A stretch of 64,000 nucleotides of DNA, from assembly GCF_001194135.2 (NCBI RefSeq), contig NC_068989.1:48066922-48130921 (forward strand). Direction: 5' to 3'. Position 1 is the first letter of the stretch; every line of letters begins with the position of its first letter. Of the stretch, positions 63,860-64,000 are shown piece after piece. The stretch is from Octopus bimaculoides (lineage: Eukaryota). Both the position numbers and the translations under genes were made by a program. Below the pieces are notes generated by a model. That model was not told the origin of the DNA. It did no database searches and worked only from the letters and a program-made list of their open reading frames with translations.

Positions 63860-64000
63860 ATATGGATAGTATTATTGGACGCTCAGGAAAGGAAAGAGAA
63901 AGTGTATGACGTTTCGGGCGTAGCCCTTCGTCGGAAAGATGGAAAGTTCGGAGAATGGAAGAACGGAGAAAGAGGAAAATGGTACCGATGCCCACGAGGT
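63860..64000 (-). mobile_element. probable Penelope-type terminal segment with hammerhead-like core
   Basis: Minus strand 63934-63908: CCGACGA|a gggc tac gccc|GAAA|cg TC. The U4 position is C and no stem I partner is visible. The element runs off the window. Confidence 0.45.

Overview
AT-rich, microsatellite-saturated eukaryotic non-coding DNA with 14 N-gaps. The SINE families, compound (AT)n/(GT)n/(ATAC)n/(GATA)n tracts and gap pattern look like an octopus (coleoid cephalopod) draft assembly; this is from my recall of the repeat families, not from a search. I could not support any host-gene exon, rRNA, true tRNA gene or CRISPR array. Almost all long ORFs in the track are artefacts of N-runs or microsatellites. 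Recognisable content is decayed mobile DNA: mariner/Tc1 transposase fragments, TA- and hAT-type MITEs, a Helitron-like N-terminus, RTE, CR1-like, R4/Dong-like and L1/Tx1-like LINE fragments, many tRNA-derived SINEs, and a 3.6-kb Penelope-like element (RT + GIY-YIG) bracketed by an inverted copy of its own 3' end. The most interesting signal is RNA-structural. Several minimal type I hammerhead-ribozyme motifs with palindromic stem III occur at 17271, 32633, 39277 and 63908. One sits inside a non-coding ~355-bp unit with a ~115-bp terminal direct repeat (39076-39545), resembling a non-LTR retrozyme or Penelope-mobilised non-autonomous element. A relative of that unit (34916-35060) carries the same 'inverted own 3' end' signature as the Penelope element.
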